The notes beneath the pieces are model-generated. The model did not search any database and was not told the DNA's origin. It was given only the letters and a program-made list of their open reading frames with translations. Source: a candidate division FCPU426 bacterium (GTDB taxonomy: Bacteria; Oederibacteriota; Muellerivitia; Muellerivitales; Muellerivitaceae). From it: a stretch of 64,000 bases of DNA. Both the position numbers and the translations under genes were made by a program. Below, one piece after another: positions 1-10,102 of this stretch. Position 1 is the first letter of the stretch; every line of letters starts with the position of its first letter. The stretch is taken from contig CAWCKJ010000004.1 in the NCBI GenBank assembly GCA_963796105.1, positions 1,376,001 to 1,440,000 on the forward strand, written 5' to 3'.

Positions 1-246
1 GCTGTTCTGACTCCGGGTGAAATCCTGGGCGAGATGGCCCTGGTGGATGGGGCTCCCCGTTCCGCGGACGCTTTAGTGGAGGAGGATTCGGTTCTGTTTC
101 ATCTGACCCAATCCGACTATGTGACTCTCCAGCATAACCATACCGGTACCGCGCTTCGCATCCAGGACCTGCTGGTGATCACCCTCTGTTCCCGCATCCG
201 TGCCGCCGACCGCAACTTCGAGATCATCCGGTTTTTTTGCACTTAA
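1..246 (+). CDS. Cyclic nucleotide-binding domain protein, 5'-truncated by the window edge
   Basis: Frame 1 is open from base 1: AVLTPGEILGEMALVDGAPRSADA matches the cNMP phosphate-binding cassette (GE-x-A-L...PRSA). Confidence 0.8.
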   Translation, partial: AVLTPGEILGEMALVDGAPRSADALVEEDSVLFHLTQSDYVTLQHNHTGTALRIQDLLVITLCSRIRAADRNFEIIRFFCT

Positions 247-421
247 GGTTTGCCTCAATTTAAGATTGTAGCCTCTGAAAAAGTCGGCTATCGCCTCCTT
301 TTTCAGAAAAACATTTATGGAAACCCCGCGATTTCCTGCGAAAATCTTTGGGGTCGAAACCTCTGTTGGTCGCTTTTCAACAGTTTTTCAGAGGTTTCAG
401 ATTAAAACGGTGGAATAACTC

Positions 422-1420
422 TTGGGATCAAATGTGAGAAATTCACTATATCCTTTAGTGAATCGGCGATTAGTCTGGGTTCCCCTGGGGTTTTTTGCCC
501 TTCTTTTTTGGCTTCCGCTTTGCACCCAAGCGGATCCGTCCCGGACCGTGAAACTTTCCATGCCCTCCCTGTTGGTTTGCGGACAGCATGAGACGCTTTA
601 TCATGTGAAAAATTACAACATCGACTGGGAGTTTTCGGCGGGAGGGAAAATACTGGATGCCCAGCCACAGCCTCTTTCCTACCGGTTCCTGGTAGTGGGT
701 GGCCCCCGGAAGGTTTTCCTGCTCCGCAAGGTGGACAAGGGGTGCCGCGTGATCTGGGACTGGTCCCGCATGGAAGGGGTCGATATTACCTGCGCAGTGG
801 CGGCCGATTGGGACTTGGAGGATCTACCCACCTTGATTCTGGCAGGGGATGCCCGGAATAACCGCCTCTTCCTGGCGGAGGCCAGGTCCTTTGGATCCAA
901 GGTGAGGTGGGAATACAAGTTGCCGGCTGCTCCCCGGTCGGTGCGGTTGTGCCCCGACACGGGAAATTTCCTGGTCACCCTAGCCGATTCAACGGTTGAG
1001 GAAATCTATTTCCAGGAGGACAAGCTTGTATGGTCCCTCGGCAAGGGGGAGGGCCTTGGGGACGCGCGGGACGCGGTCCGGGGCTTTCGGGGCGACACTT
1101 TCGTAGCCGACGCCTTGGATGGATCGATCATTTGCTTCAACCCTGACAGGAAAGTCAGATGGAGAAGCCATCTGCCCTTTACCCTCAGTAACGGAACCCT
1201 TAACCAGGTTACCCTTTCCCTATACAAGAAGAACGGCAGGCGAACAGTCATGGCGTCGGTTCATTTCGAGGGAAGCGGGCTCGGCGCCAAGGACATGGTG
1301 TTCCTTCTGAACGCTGATTCGGGCAGGCTCATGGCTTGGTGTGACCATTTGGCGAGAGGGGCTTTTCCACCCTTCGTTAAGGCCATTCCTGACAAGCCTT
1401 CCTTCTTCAAGAAGCAATGA
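422..1420 (+). CDS. Hypothetical secreted beta-propeller-like protein
   Basis: 332-aa ORF with an N-terminal hydrophobic segment and repeated 'V-x-W' blade-like motifs (VIWDW, VRWEY, LVWSL, VRWRS). True start is uncertain. Confidence 0.55.
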   Translation: MGSNVRNSLYPLVNRRLVWVPLGFFALLFWLPLCTQADPSRTVKLSMPSLLVCGQHETLYHVKNYNIDWEFSAGGKILDAQPQPLSYRFLVVGGPRKVFLLRKVDKGCRVIWDWSRMEGVDITCAVAADWDLEDLPTLILAGDARNNRLFLAEARSFGSKVRWEYKLPAAPRSVRLCPDTGNFLVTLADSTVEEIYFQEDKLVWSLGKGEGLGDARDAVRGFRGDTFVADALDGSIICFNPDRKVRWRSHLPFTLSNGTLNQVTLSLYKKNGRRTVMASVHFEGSGLGAKDMVFLLNADSGRLMAWCDHLARGAFPPFVKAIPDKPSFFKKQ

Positions 1421-2535
1421 ATACCAGGGATTCTCCAGTCGGCGTCACGCTTTGGCTTCTTTGGACTGTTTGTTTTTGCACGCTAACGGGACCACTCCCC
1501 GCCACTGAAAATAGGGATTTTTCCGCGAGGCTCAGCCTGGAGGCTGGCATCCTTGAGGCCCCCCTGGAAGCCTCGGGATTTTACCAGTATTCAAGGCTTT
1601 TGCTGGAGAGCCATAACGATCTTGATCCATCATTAACGCTTACGGTCTCGGGTGAATTAGGCTGGCAGGCCTCTACTGCCGTTTCAGGGCCTCCTTGGCA
1701 GGTTTTCCCTGTTAAAAACCTGTTGAATCTGGAGGCCGACAATATGTCCTCCTCCAGTGGGCCGGAGGATATTTCGGCCCGATTGAGCCGGGCCTGTCTC
1801 CAATGGGCCAACGGAAGGCTTCAAGTCAACGCCGGCCTCCAGAGTTTCGATTGGGGATCCTCCCGCTTTTACCGCCCGACGGATTACTTCTTTCCCCTAT
1901 CCCCCCTCGCCTGGGTTGACAACCAGCCTTTGGGGAGCGAGGCGTTGGACGCGGAATGCTACCTCTTCGAGTTCTTGAGCGCGGAAGGGGCCGTTCGTTG
2001 GCTCCAGGGGGGTGAGAGCGAGTGGGTGGCCAGACTGATTAATAAGGGGATCGGAATCAGCGTCAGCCCCAGTTTCGCTCGTATGATTGACCGGGACGGG
2101 ATAGGCATGGAAGCGTCGGGAACATTCCCTGAGTTTCAGGCGAGGCTTGAGGCGGTTGAATGGCTCTATCACTATGGTTCTGCTTATTTAGAATTCGTGG
2201 CGGGGCTTTCCACGGTTCAAGAGAAAATAACCTATAATCTGGAAGCTTTTCTGGACGGGACTGGAAGCGTCCTGGGCGCCTTCTCCAGCAAGCCTGGGAG
2301 GGTTGTTTATCTTTTCGCCTCGGTGGGGAAGGACTTCTTCACCGGGTGGAAAGCCTCAGTCGGGCTGGTTAAATCCCCGGTAGGGGGGCCATTTTTATTT
2401 TGGCCGAAGATTTCCTGGGCTTACGCGGAATCCCGAGAATTGGACTTGCAGTGCCAGGTACCTCTAGCTGTAGGGGACGGCTCGCTGGATCTGACAACGA
2501 CCCGTATGGGTTTATCGGCCGCCTATCTTTATTGA
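1417..2535 (+). CDS. Hypothetical outer-membrane beta-barrel protein
   Basis: Signal-peptide-like N-terminus, GLQSFDWGSSRFYRPTD motif, amphipathic strands, C-terminal aromatic residue; ATGA overlap with the previous gene. Confidence 0.55.
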   Translation: MNTRDSPVGVTLWLLWTVCFCTLTGPLPATENRDFSARLSLEAGILEAPLEASGFYQYSRLLLESHNDLDPSLTLTVSGELGWQASTAVSGPPWQVFPVKNLLNLEADNMSSSSGPEDISARLSRACLQWANGRLQVNAGLQSFDWGSSRFYRPTDYFFPLSPLAWVDNQPLGSEALDAECYLFEFLSAEGAVRWLQGGESEWVARLINKGIGISVSPSFARMIDRDGIGMEASGTFPEFQARLEAVEWLYHYGSAYLEFVAGLSTVQEKITYNLEAFLDGTGSVLGAFSSKPGRVVYLFASVGKDFFTGWKASVGLVKSPVGGPFLFWPKISWAYAESRELDLQCQVPLAVGDGSLDLTTTRMGLSAAYLY

Positions 2536-2623
2536 TAATGGATGCCGTAAAAGCCATTTCTTTCTTTGAATGAGATTCGCATTCATTCTATAATCCGAAA
2601 ACTTGGTTTAATTCGAGGAGAAT

Positions 2624-3235
2624 ATGCCACATAAATCTAAAATTCATACGAAATCCACCCCGCAAACAGCCTTCAAGTCGGCTTCGGCCGGCGTCATCAA
2701 GCCGAAAGGATTTCCCGAGAATATCGTCCTCATCGGCATGTTGGGGAGCGGAAAAACTTCAGTCGGTAGAATCCTGGCTGACAAGCTTCGATATCATTTC
2801 CTGGATGTGGACCACCTCATCGAAATGAAGTACCGAAAGCCGCTGGGCAGGGTCATGGAGATGCTGGGCATGAGGGAGTTCATGCGGGTGGAGGAAGAAA
2901 CCATCCGGGCCCTGCAAAACTACTGGCATTGCGTCCTGGCGCCGGGCGGAAGCGCGGTCTATTACCCCCAGGGAATGAAACAACTGAAAAAACTGGGACC
3001 CTGCATTCATTTGGAAGTGTCGCTGCAAGAAATCAAGAGGAGGATCCCCGATTGGTCCAACCGGGGGGTTGTCTGCAGGGGGGGCAACACTCTCCCCGCG
3101 CTTTATCACGAGAGGGAGCCTCTCTACAAGAAATACGCCGATTTGACAGTGGACGCTTCGGGGCGGTCCTTCGAAAAGATCGCCCAAAAAGTCTTAAAGC
3201 ATCTTGGGGTGGAATCCAGCCCCGCCAAGAAGTAG
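2624..3235 (+). CDS. aroK: Shikimate kinase
   Basis: NIVLIGMLGSGKTSVG Walker A, D-x-D motif, GG-S-A motif, C-terminal ER-x-PLY. Confidence 0.9.
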   Translation: MPHKSKIHTKSTPQTAFKSASAGVIKPKGFPENIVLIGMLGSGKTSVGRILADKLRYHFLDVDHLIEMKYRKPLGRVMEMLGMREFMRVEEETIRALQNYWHCVLAPGGSAVYYPQGMKQLKKLGPCIHLEVSLQEIKRRIPDWSNRGVVCRGGNTLPALYHEREPLYKKYADLTVDASGRSFEKIAQKVLKHLGVESSPAKK

Positions 3236-3344
3236 GGTTTTGCGATTCCAGGGACATTATTCCTCCATGCGAAGTTTGCCCCTCTTGTACCTTCCCCGCC
3301 TTGTATAATGAATAAATTGAAAATTCGATTTTTGGAGAGTTCTC

Positions 3345-4346
3345 GTGAAGACGGCGGTCATAGGTTCAGGCAGTATGGGGACGGCACTAGCCCGTCTCTT
3401 GGCGGATAACGGCCATTCGGTTTCCTGTTGGGACCATATTCCTTCCGTGGTGGAGGACATCCGAAAGAACCACCTGAACTCCAAATTCCTCCCTGGGGTG
3501 GATCTGCCGTCCAGCATAACCGCAGACCTGCTCCTGAACCATGTGGTCCGGGAAGCCCAGATGGTATTCATTGCGGTGCCATCGGCCTTTTTCGGGCATG
3601 TCGTGAAGGAGTTTTCTCCTTTTTCCCCTCCCCAAGCCATCGTGGTGGGAACCTCTAAGGGATTGGAGCCTTCCACCGGAAAGCGACTCAGTCAAGTCTA
3701 TGCCCAGGCCGCAGTGCATCCCCCCGACCAGTACGTGGCCCTTTCGGGCCCCTCCGTCGCCGGAGAATTCGCCCCTCAGAGGCCCACGGCGGTAGTCGTG
3801 GCGGGATCAAGGAGCCAGTCCCAGAAAGTTTCGGACGCTCTCTCCAACCCTTATTTCCACGTGGAAATATCCGACGACCTGGCCGGCGTGGAGTTGGGAG
3901 GAGTACTGAAAAACATCTACGCCATCGGGTTTGGTTTCCTGGACGGACTCAATCAGGGCTCCTCGAACCTGAAATCAGCCTTTCTCATTAAAGCTTGGGC
4001 GGAGTTGAAAGGCATTGGGGTGAAATTGGGAGCCCAGGCCAAAACCTTTGACGGGTTGGCTGGTTTGGGAGAGTTGGTTACCACAGGCTATTCCGCGGAT
4101 TCCCATAACCGCAAGTTCGGCCAGCTTCTGGCTTCCGGGTTGGATTACGACAAAGCCGTGGCGCAAATAGGCGGCGCGGCGCCCGAGGGCGTTCGGAATC
4201 TCGCTACCCTATTGACGGTATTAGGAAATCAGATGGATACCCCCCTGGCGAAGTTGATCCAGACCAGCATCCAACAACCGGCCGCGCGGGCCAAATTCGT
4301 GGAAGGAATTCTCCAATTTTTCAACGGATCCGTTTCCGGCCGTTGA
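3345..4346 (+). CDS. gpsA: NAD(P)H-dependent glycerol-3-phosphate dehydrogenase
   Basis: GSGSMGTALA Rossmann motif, SKGLE, LSGPS, GVELGGVLKNIYAI, GLAGLGEL. Confidence 0.92.
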   Translation: MKTAVIGSGSMGTALARLLADNGHSVSCWDHIPSVVEDIRKNHLNSKFLPGVDLPSSITADLLLNHVVREAQMVFIAVPSAFFGHVVKEFSPFSPPQAIVVGTSKGLEPSTGKRLSQVYAQAAVHPPDQYVALSGPSVAGEFAPQRPTAVVVAGSRSQSQKVSDALSNPYFHVEISDDLAGVELGGVLKNIYAIGFGFLDGLNQGSSNLKSAFLIKAWAELKGIGVKLGAQAKTFDGLAGLGELVTTGYSADSHNRKFGQLLASGLDYDKAVAQIGGAAPEGVRNLATLLTVLGNQMDTPLAKLIQTSIQQPAARAKFVEGILQFFNGSVSGR

Positions 4347-4379
4347 GGCGGCTTTGGAAGAGGAAAGGCGGAGTGCCCG

Positions 4380-4814
4380 GTGTTCGATTTCGTTTCCCAG
4401 TTTCCTGATTGGCACCATGTCCTTTTTAAGGTCAAGGACGCAGACCTGTCCATCCGCTTTTACAGCGAATACCTGGGAATGGGAGCGGTGCTGGACCAGA
4501 AGGACGCGGATGGCGCGCGGTGGGTATGGCTTCGTTTTTCCGAGAACCCGAACGCGCCTTATTTTGTCCTATTAGAAGATTCCAGCTTAAAAAAGAACCC
4601 CGTTGTCGCGAAAAGCCTCCAGCAATTTTCCTTTCGCCTTCCGGACTTGAAACCGGTGGAGGAAATCAGCACCAAGGGCAAAAAGGACAAATGCCTCGTG
4701 GAAGCAGCCAGTTACGGGGGACATCTCAGGGGCTATTTCTGCGTGGTCTCGGACCCTGACGGCAACCTACTCGAGTTCGCTTATGTCCTCACTCCTAAAA
4801 CCATTTCGCATTGA
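4380..4814 (+). CDS. VOC/glyoxalase family protein
   Basis: HV-x-F-x-V-x-D...S-x-x-FY near the N-terminus and DPDGNLLEF at the C-terminus. Confidence 0.85.
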   Translation: MFDFVSQFPDWHHVLFKVKDADLSIRFYSEYLGMGAVLDQKDADGARWVWLRFSENPNAPYFVLLEDSSLKKNPVVAKSLQQFSFRLPDLKPVEEISTKGKKDKCLVEAASYGGHLRGYFCVVSDPDGNLLEFAYVLTPKTISH

Positions 4815-4952
4815 GAACTTTAAAATCAAGAATCTGCAATTGAAAGTATGATTGCGACAGGGCCAACAAGTTAATCAAGGCCGGCCATAAAATTATTGCT
4901 CTAAGTCCATTGGGCGCGAGTGGGCGCTGTTTAAGAGTAAGGGCCGGGAATT

Positions 4953-5663
4953 TTAACGCCGGTTGCTGGATAGAATGCGAAGGATCGCAAGGAACAGGTT
5001 GAGAAAATCCAGGTATAGGGAGAGGGCTGCGCTGACGTACTCGTCGGGCTCATGAGTCCTAAGAATCCTTGAAGTGTCGTAGAGGATGAATAGGGAAAAC
5101 AGAACCGAGGAAATCCAGGCGAGGGCCAGACTGGCCGCGTCTACTTGGTATCCGAACGCTTGCATGACCATAAGGACGACCCCGATTCCGACCACGGCCC
5201 AAATCCCCGTCCAAACTATCCCGCTGAGAAAAGAAAAGTCCTTTTTGGTGATGAAGACGTAGGCGGTCAGGCCCACGAAGATGCTTCCTGAAATCAACCC
5301 CGCCTCATATATGACCCCATAGGTTCCCCCGGTTCTTAAGGCCGCCACCATGAGGCAGGGTGCGATGAAAATACCGCTGACAAAAGTAAAAGATAAAAGG
5401 GCAAGGATGTTGATCCCGGGTGTTTTCCGGACAGCCATGCACAGGAAAAAAACCCCGAAATAGAGGATGGTGCCGATGAAAAAGTGATGTAAAACCGCGG
5501 AGGCGAAACCGGGATTGGCCAGGGTGAGAAACGCTCCCCCGATAGCGACTCCGAGTCCCAAAAGAAACAGGGAATAGACTTTTTGCAGGAAATCCAAACG
5601 GATTTCGACATTTTCCCCCACGACGCTGGAGGGAATGGTTTTGTCTTGGGTAAAGAGGGCCAT
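4953..5663 (-). CDS. Bax inhibitor-1/YccA family membrane protein
   Basis: About 7 TM segments, FLQKVY, KDFSFL, YDT, and AALSLYLDFLNLF signature. Confidence 0.92.
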   Translation of the reverse strand: MALFTQDKTIPSSVVGENVEIRLDFLQKVYSLFLLGLGVAIGGAFLTLANPGFASAVLHHFFIGTILYFGVFFLCMAVRKTPGINILALLSFTFVSGIFIAPCLMVAALRTGGTYGVIYEAGLISGSIFVGLTAYVFITKKDFSFLSGIVWTGIWAVVGIGVVLMVMQAFGYQVDAASLALAWISSVLFSLFILYDTSRILRTHEPDEYVSAALSLYLDFLNLFLAILRILSSNRR

Positions 5664-5905
5664 GGACTTTCTCCTTTTAAAAATTTCTAGGTGTTTATAT
5701 TGGGCACGGAAGCCCTAAATGTCAATGTCCGTTGGTTGTCTTCATTTAGGAATGTTCTGCGGGGTTTTCCCACTGGCTGAAAATATACAGGGCGGTTCAA
5801 ACCCATCGAGATGGCTCATGTTGAGTCCAGGCATGCTCCGGCGCAGGCCCCCCATACTCTTATGGTAAGATAAGGCGTTTTTCCAAAACTCGAAGGAGAC
5901 TCTTT

Positions 5906-7522
5906 TTGTTTTCCAAAAGTCATTACCGGAAAAATTTATGGGTTTTTTCCCCATCCGAACTATTGACCTCCGGTCTCTTCGTGATTCTCTTTGTCCTTTC
6001 CCTGGGGGCTTTTTTCGCGGATCGTCCTGGGGCCAATCCCGCCCTGGTTTCAGCCTGCGTGAACAGCCTCATTTGGGTGGCCTGGATGTATTTTGTCTCA
6101 GTGCGCCGACCTCCTCCTTTCGGGTTCCTTGGACTGACGAGGGGACTGGGGCCCTGGCTGGGGCTGATTTTGTGCTATACCTTAATGAAACCCCTCGTGC
6201 CGGTCCTTCATCCCCAGCTTTTTGACGCGGAACTCCACAGTGTTGACATTCATTTATTGGGGAAGGGACCATCATCTTTCCAGACGGTGCTTCTAGGAAA
6301 GCCGGGATGGACCGACCTGTTCAGTTTTTTTTATCTGGGGCTTTTCGTCTGGCTCATCGGATTGATTATTTACCATATTTACCTGAGGCGGGCGCTTTAC
6401 CAGAGGTTCATGCTCGGGCTCATCCTGGTCTATTCAGGGGGTTTCTTGGGCTACCTGGTTTATCCCGCGGTGGGGCCGAGGTTCGCTTCTCCCCAGGATT
6501 GGTCGGATGTCCAAGGTGGCGTCTTTTTTTGGGTTACCCAGGCCTTGGTCAACGGCCTCGGAGCCAGGTTTGACGTTTTTCCCAGCCTGCACGGGGCCCT
6601 CTCGGGATACCTGCTTGCCTGGCAGTTCCAGCACGACCGGCGCTCCATCGCTTGGGGTTTTCCCCTAACAGCCGCGATTTGGCTCTCGACCCTTTTCCTG
6701 GGTTACCATTATTTGCCGGATCTTGTCAGCGGAGGACTTCTGGCATGGGCCAGCGCTTGGGCCGCGCCGAGGTTGGAGGTTCTGGCGGGTGCTTTCCGCA
6801 GGTCCTTGAGGCCACCCCGGGTTTGGCTCATGAACCTGACCGAGGGACATGGGGATCATTTTGGGAAGCTGGCGGGACGCCTCAGCGATTTGATACCCCT
6901 TGGCGGGGAAACCTCGCCTGGTTTCATCTGCGGCGGTGTGCCCAAGAACAAGGCGATGGAACCTCTGCGCCAGGCTCTGGAGGACCTGGAGGACGGCCCC
7001 TTTTGGGTCAGGACTTCCGACGCATTGGGCTCCAAACGAAAGAACCTGGCGGGATTGAAACCCATGAACGTCGAACAGGTGTTCAAGGAGATTTTCGCCC
7101 CCGCGAGGGGGAACTATTTCATCGTTCAAAAAGCCCTCAAAGTCTCGGCGGTCGGGGTCTGCCTGGCTTTCCCGCCGAAAGGCATGGGGTTGTCCGACGT
7201 GGAAGTCCGGATGACATCCCTTCCCGAGGGGGATGTCCTGGAGTTGAACCTTTCCCCCAACCGGAAGTTGTTCAGGGGGCTCTTGGATAATCCCTGGCAC
7301 TATTTTCCAAAGTCTTTTCCCTTGAGGGGCTTCGAGCTTTTTGAGGCCGTGAAATTGACCCGGCGCCTGGCCCAACGTTGGAACCAACCCGCTGAGGTGG
7401 AATGGGTTCTCTCCCGGGGAAAAGTCTTCGTCCTGGACGCCAGGCCTGTTAAGGAAAATCCAACGGAAGATAAATCGGATCACCCTATCGAAAACAGCAC
7501 GCAAGAAGATCTTCAACTATGA
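5906..7522 (+). CDS. PAP2 (AUR1/IPT1-like) membrane phosphotransferase fused to a degenerate PEP/pyruvate-binding (PPDK_N-like) domain
   Basis: YPAVGPR, FPSLH and YHYLPD PAP2 motifs; C-terminal PGF, WVRTS, IVQK and EVEWVLSRGKVFVLDARPV resemble PPDK_N motifs. Confidence 0.7.
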   Translation: MFSKSHYRKNLWVFSPSELLTSGLFVILFVLSLGAFFADRPGANPALVSACVNSLIWVAWMYFVSVRRPPPFGFLGLTRGLGPWLGLILCYTLMKPLVPVLHPQLFDAELHSVDIHLLGKGPSSFQTVLLGKPGWTDLFSFFYLGLFVWLIGLIIYHIYLRRALYQRFMLGLILVYSGGFLGYLVYPAVGPRFASPQDWSDVQGGVFFWVTQALVNGLGARFDVFPSLHGALSGYLLAWQFQHDRRSIAWGFPLTAAIWLSTLFLGYHYLPDLVSGGLLAWASAWAAPRLEVLAGAFRRSLRPPRVWLMNLTEGHGDHFGKLAGRLSDLIPLGGETSPGFICGGVPKNKAMEPLRQALEDLEDGPFWVRTSDALGSKRKNLAGLKPMNVEQVFKEIFAPARGNYFIVQKALKVSAVGVCLAFPPKGMGLSDVEVRMTSLPEGDVLELNLSPNRKLFRGLLDNPWHYFPKSFPLRGFELFEAVKLTRRLAQRWNQPAEVEWVLSRGKVFVLDARPVKENPTEDKSDHPIENSTQEDLQL

Positions 7523-7576
7523 AAAAAAGACGAGGAGATGTTATGATCAGAACCCATCCCGGGATAAAAGGCGGAA

Positions 7577-8212
7577 ATGATGTGTCCGTTTAAAAAGTTA
7601 TTATTCTTGACCGTGATCGTGGCGGTAGCCGCTATAGTGGGTTGCGTCTCCCTAGATGAAAACGTCCAGGTGACCCCGCCCAACGCCGTGGAGCAGTATG
7701 GCCGAAGTCCTATCGACCAGTGCACTCCCCATATGGTTCCCAGCCGTCTCATCATGGCGACGGCTAGCTATGCCGTGACTCTTGTTCAGCAGGGCGGGGC
7801 CTATGTCCAGGACCAGCAGAATTTTGACTTCTATTGGTCGCAAATTAACCCCCAGTTGGATCAAAATCAGGTGGTTTCCTCCAACCTCAAGCCGGTCATT
7901 GATTGGACCGTCCTGGGGGCTTATTTCGTGACGATCCCCATGACGGATTCTTGTACCAGAGCCAAATCCTATGGCGATGGAATCAATACTGATTGTTACA
8001 CCATATCGATTCCGATATATCTTTACGAGGAACCCAATTGCCAAAAACAATCACCAAGCGCGGATTTGGTATTCCTTTATACATATCCCAAAAGTAATTT
8101 ACCGGTGGCCATAAAGTGGATAAATCCCACACCCACCTCTTCGCCCACTCCTTCACCAACGCCTCTGCCTACCGCAACGCCGACCTCTGCGCCAAAAAGC
8201 GGGGACGAGTGA
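7577..8212 (+). CDS. Hypothetical lipoprotein with a Pro/Thr-rich tail
   Basis: Lipobox-like IVGC after a hydrophobic stretch; C-terminal PTPTSSPTPSPTP. Confidence 0.6.
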   Translation: MMCPFKKLLFLTVIVAVAAIVGCVSLDENVQVTPPNAVEQYGRSPIDQCTPHMVPSRLIMATASYAVTLVQQGGAYVQDQQNFDFYWSQINPQLDQNQVVSSNLKPVIDWTVLGAYFVTIPMTDSCTRAKSYGDGINTDCYTISIPIYLYEEPNCQKQSPSADLVFLYTYPKSNLPVAIKWINPTPTSSPTPSPTPLPTATPTSAPKSGDE

Positions 8213-8688
8213 AAGTTTTCCAGCGGTGTTTAAAGGGGCAACGGGTCGCAGGCGTGATTTTCGGGATGCTTTTACTGTGGATGGCCACATTTTCCAAGGC
8301 TTGGCCCAAGGATGAGGAGATCACTCTGCCCGTGATCATCGCGGATTATTACGCTTGGGCCTATACCGAGGCGGTGGAAGATAAAGCCACCCTTTACGCT
8401 TGTTCCACGGGGGCCGTGGACGCAGCGGGCTGGGTTTTCCTGGCGGCGAAACCCGATTACACCGGGCTTTTCCTGGTGAATCTGGCAGGCGGCGCCAAGA
8501 CGGTTTATCCCCTCGCGGTACTTCTCACGAGTTCCGACAATGGCGCCAGGGAAAGAGCCTGGATCGCCTTGGGAACCCACGCGGCCACCCTCATTACCCT
8601 GGAGTTGTTAGGAAAGCCCGAGATCAGCCTTCAGGCCATGACTCCAAAGGGAAAAGGCTTGGGTTTGCAATTGGCCTGCAGGTATTAG
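8209..8688 (+). CDS. Hypothetical protein (GTG start overlapping the previous stop)
   Basis: GTGA overlap at 8209-8212, in frame with the 8116..8688 ORF; signal-like segment. Confidence 0.5.
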   Translation: MKVFQRCLKGQRVAGVIFGMLLLWMATFSKAWPKDEEITLPVIIADYYAWAYTEAVEDKATLYACSTGAVDAAGWVFLAAKPDYTGLFLVNLAGGAKTVYPLAVLLTSSDNGARERAWIALGTHAATLITLELLGKPEISLQAMTPKGKGLGLQLACRY

Positions 8689-8719
8689 AAGCGCCGGATT
8701 CAGAAGGCGGAAGATCCTT

Positions 8720-9238
8720 TCAAACAGGGGGCAATTGTCGGGCCAGGACCATGTATTCCTCGACGCCCTTTAATATTTTCCGGACGTCCTCATCGGTGAC
8801 CTGCCGGGAAAACCTTCCGGGCAAACCCAGAACGAGCGAGCGCGGGGGAATGACTTTTCCCTCCGGCACCACGGCTCCCGCCCCGATCACGCATTCATCC
8901 CCGATTTGAGCGCCCGTGAGAATGGTGGAATGGATTCCCACCAGGCAGCGGTTCCCGATTTGGCAGGCGTGCACGCAGGCCTGGTGTCCAATCACGCAAT
9001 CCTGTCCCACCAGGGTGGGGCAAGCCCGGTCGGTATGGAAGACACAGCCATCCTGTATATTGGTCCTGGTCCCTATTCGAATTAGATTCAAGTCGCCCCT
9101 GAGGACGCAGGAGGGCCAAACGCTCACATCGTCCCCCAACTCCACTTGGCCCATGACGGTGGCAAAGTCGTGGATCCGGACGTTCCTGCCGAAAAGAGGA
9201 TGGTACTCAAGGTAAGGTTGAATCATGGTCCATTCCAA
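8720..9238 (-). CDS. Gamma carbonic anhydrase family (hexapeptide repeat) protein
   Basis: VLRGD, IG-x-x-TNIQDG, and metal-ligand histidines (FH, IGH-x-A-x-VHAC). Confidence 0.92.
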   Translation of the reverse strand: MEWTMIQPYLEYHPLFGRNVRIHDFATVMGQVELGDDVSVWPSCVLRGDLNLIRIGTRTNIQDGCVFHTDRACPTLVGQDCVIGHQACVHACQIGNRCLVGIHSTILTGAQIGDECVIGAGAVVPEGKVIPPRSLVLGLPGRFSRQVTDEDVRKILKGVEEYMVLARQLPPV

Positions 9239-9278
9239 ATTTTATGAAGGATGCCTTAAAGTATGACTGAAATCGGAT

Positions 9279-9731
9279 TTAAAGATTCTCTAAAACTTCC
9301 TTGACGTGATCCTTGACGCTCACGGGGGACCAGATGTTTTTCACCTTGCCGTCCTTGCCGATGATCAGGGTCGTGCGGACAATGCCCATGAACTCGCGGC
9401 CCATGAATTTTTTCTTTTGCCACACGCCGTATTTTTTCAGCGTCTTTTTCCCTTCGTCGGACAAAAGCGTGAAAGGAAGTTTGTATTTTTCCTTGAAGGC
9501 CGAGTGTTTTTTAACCGGGTCGGCGCTGACTCCCAGCACCACTACGCCTTTTTTTTCGATGGCCTTCCAGTTGTCACGGAAGTCGCAGGCTTCCTGTGTG
9601 CAGCCGGGCGTCATGTCTTTGGGATAAAAATAGAGAACGACCTCTTTTCTATTGAATTCCTCCAGTGATACTTTTTCACCCTCCTGGTTTTCCAACACGA
9701 AATTTGGGGCTTTTTGGCCATTCTTGATCAT
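9279..9731 (-). CDS. bcp: Thioredoxin-dependent thiol peroxidase Bcp
   Basis: VVLYFYPKDMTPGCTQEACDFRD peroxiredoxin-Q signature. Confidence 0.95.
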   Translation of the reverse strand: MIKNGQKAPNFVLENQEGEKVSLEEFNRKEVVLYFYPKDMTPGCTQEACDFRDNWKAIEKKGVVVLGVSADPVKKHSAFKEKYKLPFTLLSDEGKKTLKKYGVWQKKKFMGREFMGIVRTTLIIGKDGKVKNIWSPVSVKDHVKEVLENL

Positions 9732-10102
9732 GGAACACCTCTAATGATTTGATGGAAAAAGTCATCATTGGAAAGAGGGGAGCTAATTACAAGCCCCACG
9801 AAAACCAATCGCGACTTAGGTGGGCTATTTTCATGAAAAGGATATAATTCAATTGATGTTACAGAAGTGTAAAAACTGACACAATAAGGTCAAATATGGC
9901 CATTTAAACATATTTCAGTAAACATCGTTTATATAGAAAAAGACCAAATTTTCTTTTATTTAAGCCATAATTTTGTTGTCTAAATAAATATATATATACA
10001 ATTAAGGTACAAGAGGTATACTTTTGATAATAAATTTTGGCCTACAATTCATCACCTACAACAATGCCTCAAACGTAAGGTCCAAAATAAAGGGGAGATA
10101 TT

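Noticed and set aside
9740..10100. Sigma54 promoter upstream of 10103
   Set aside because: The TGGC candidates lack a correctly spaced -12 TGC element.
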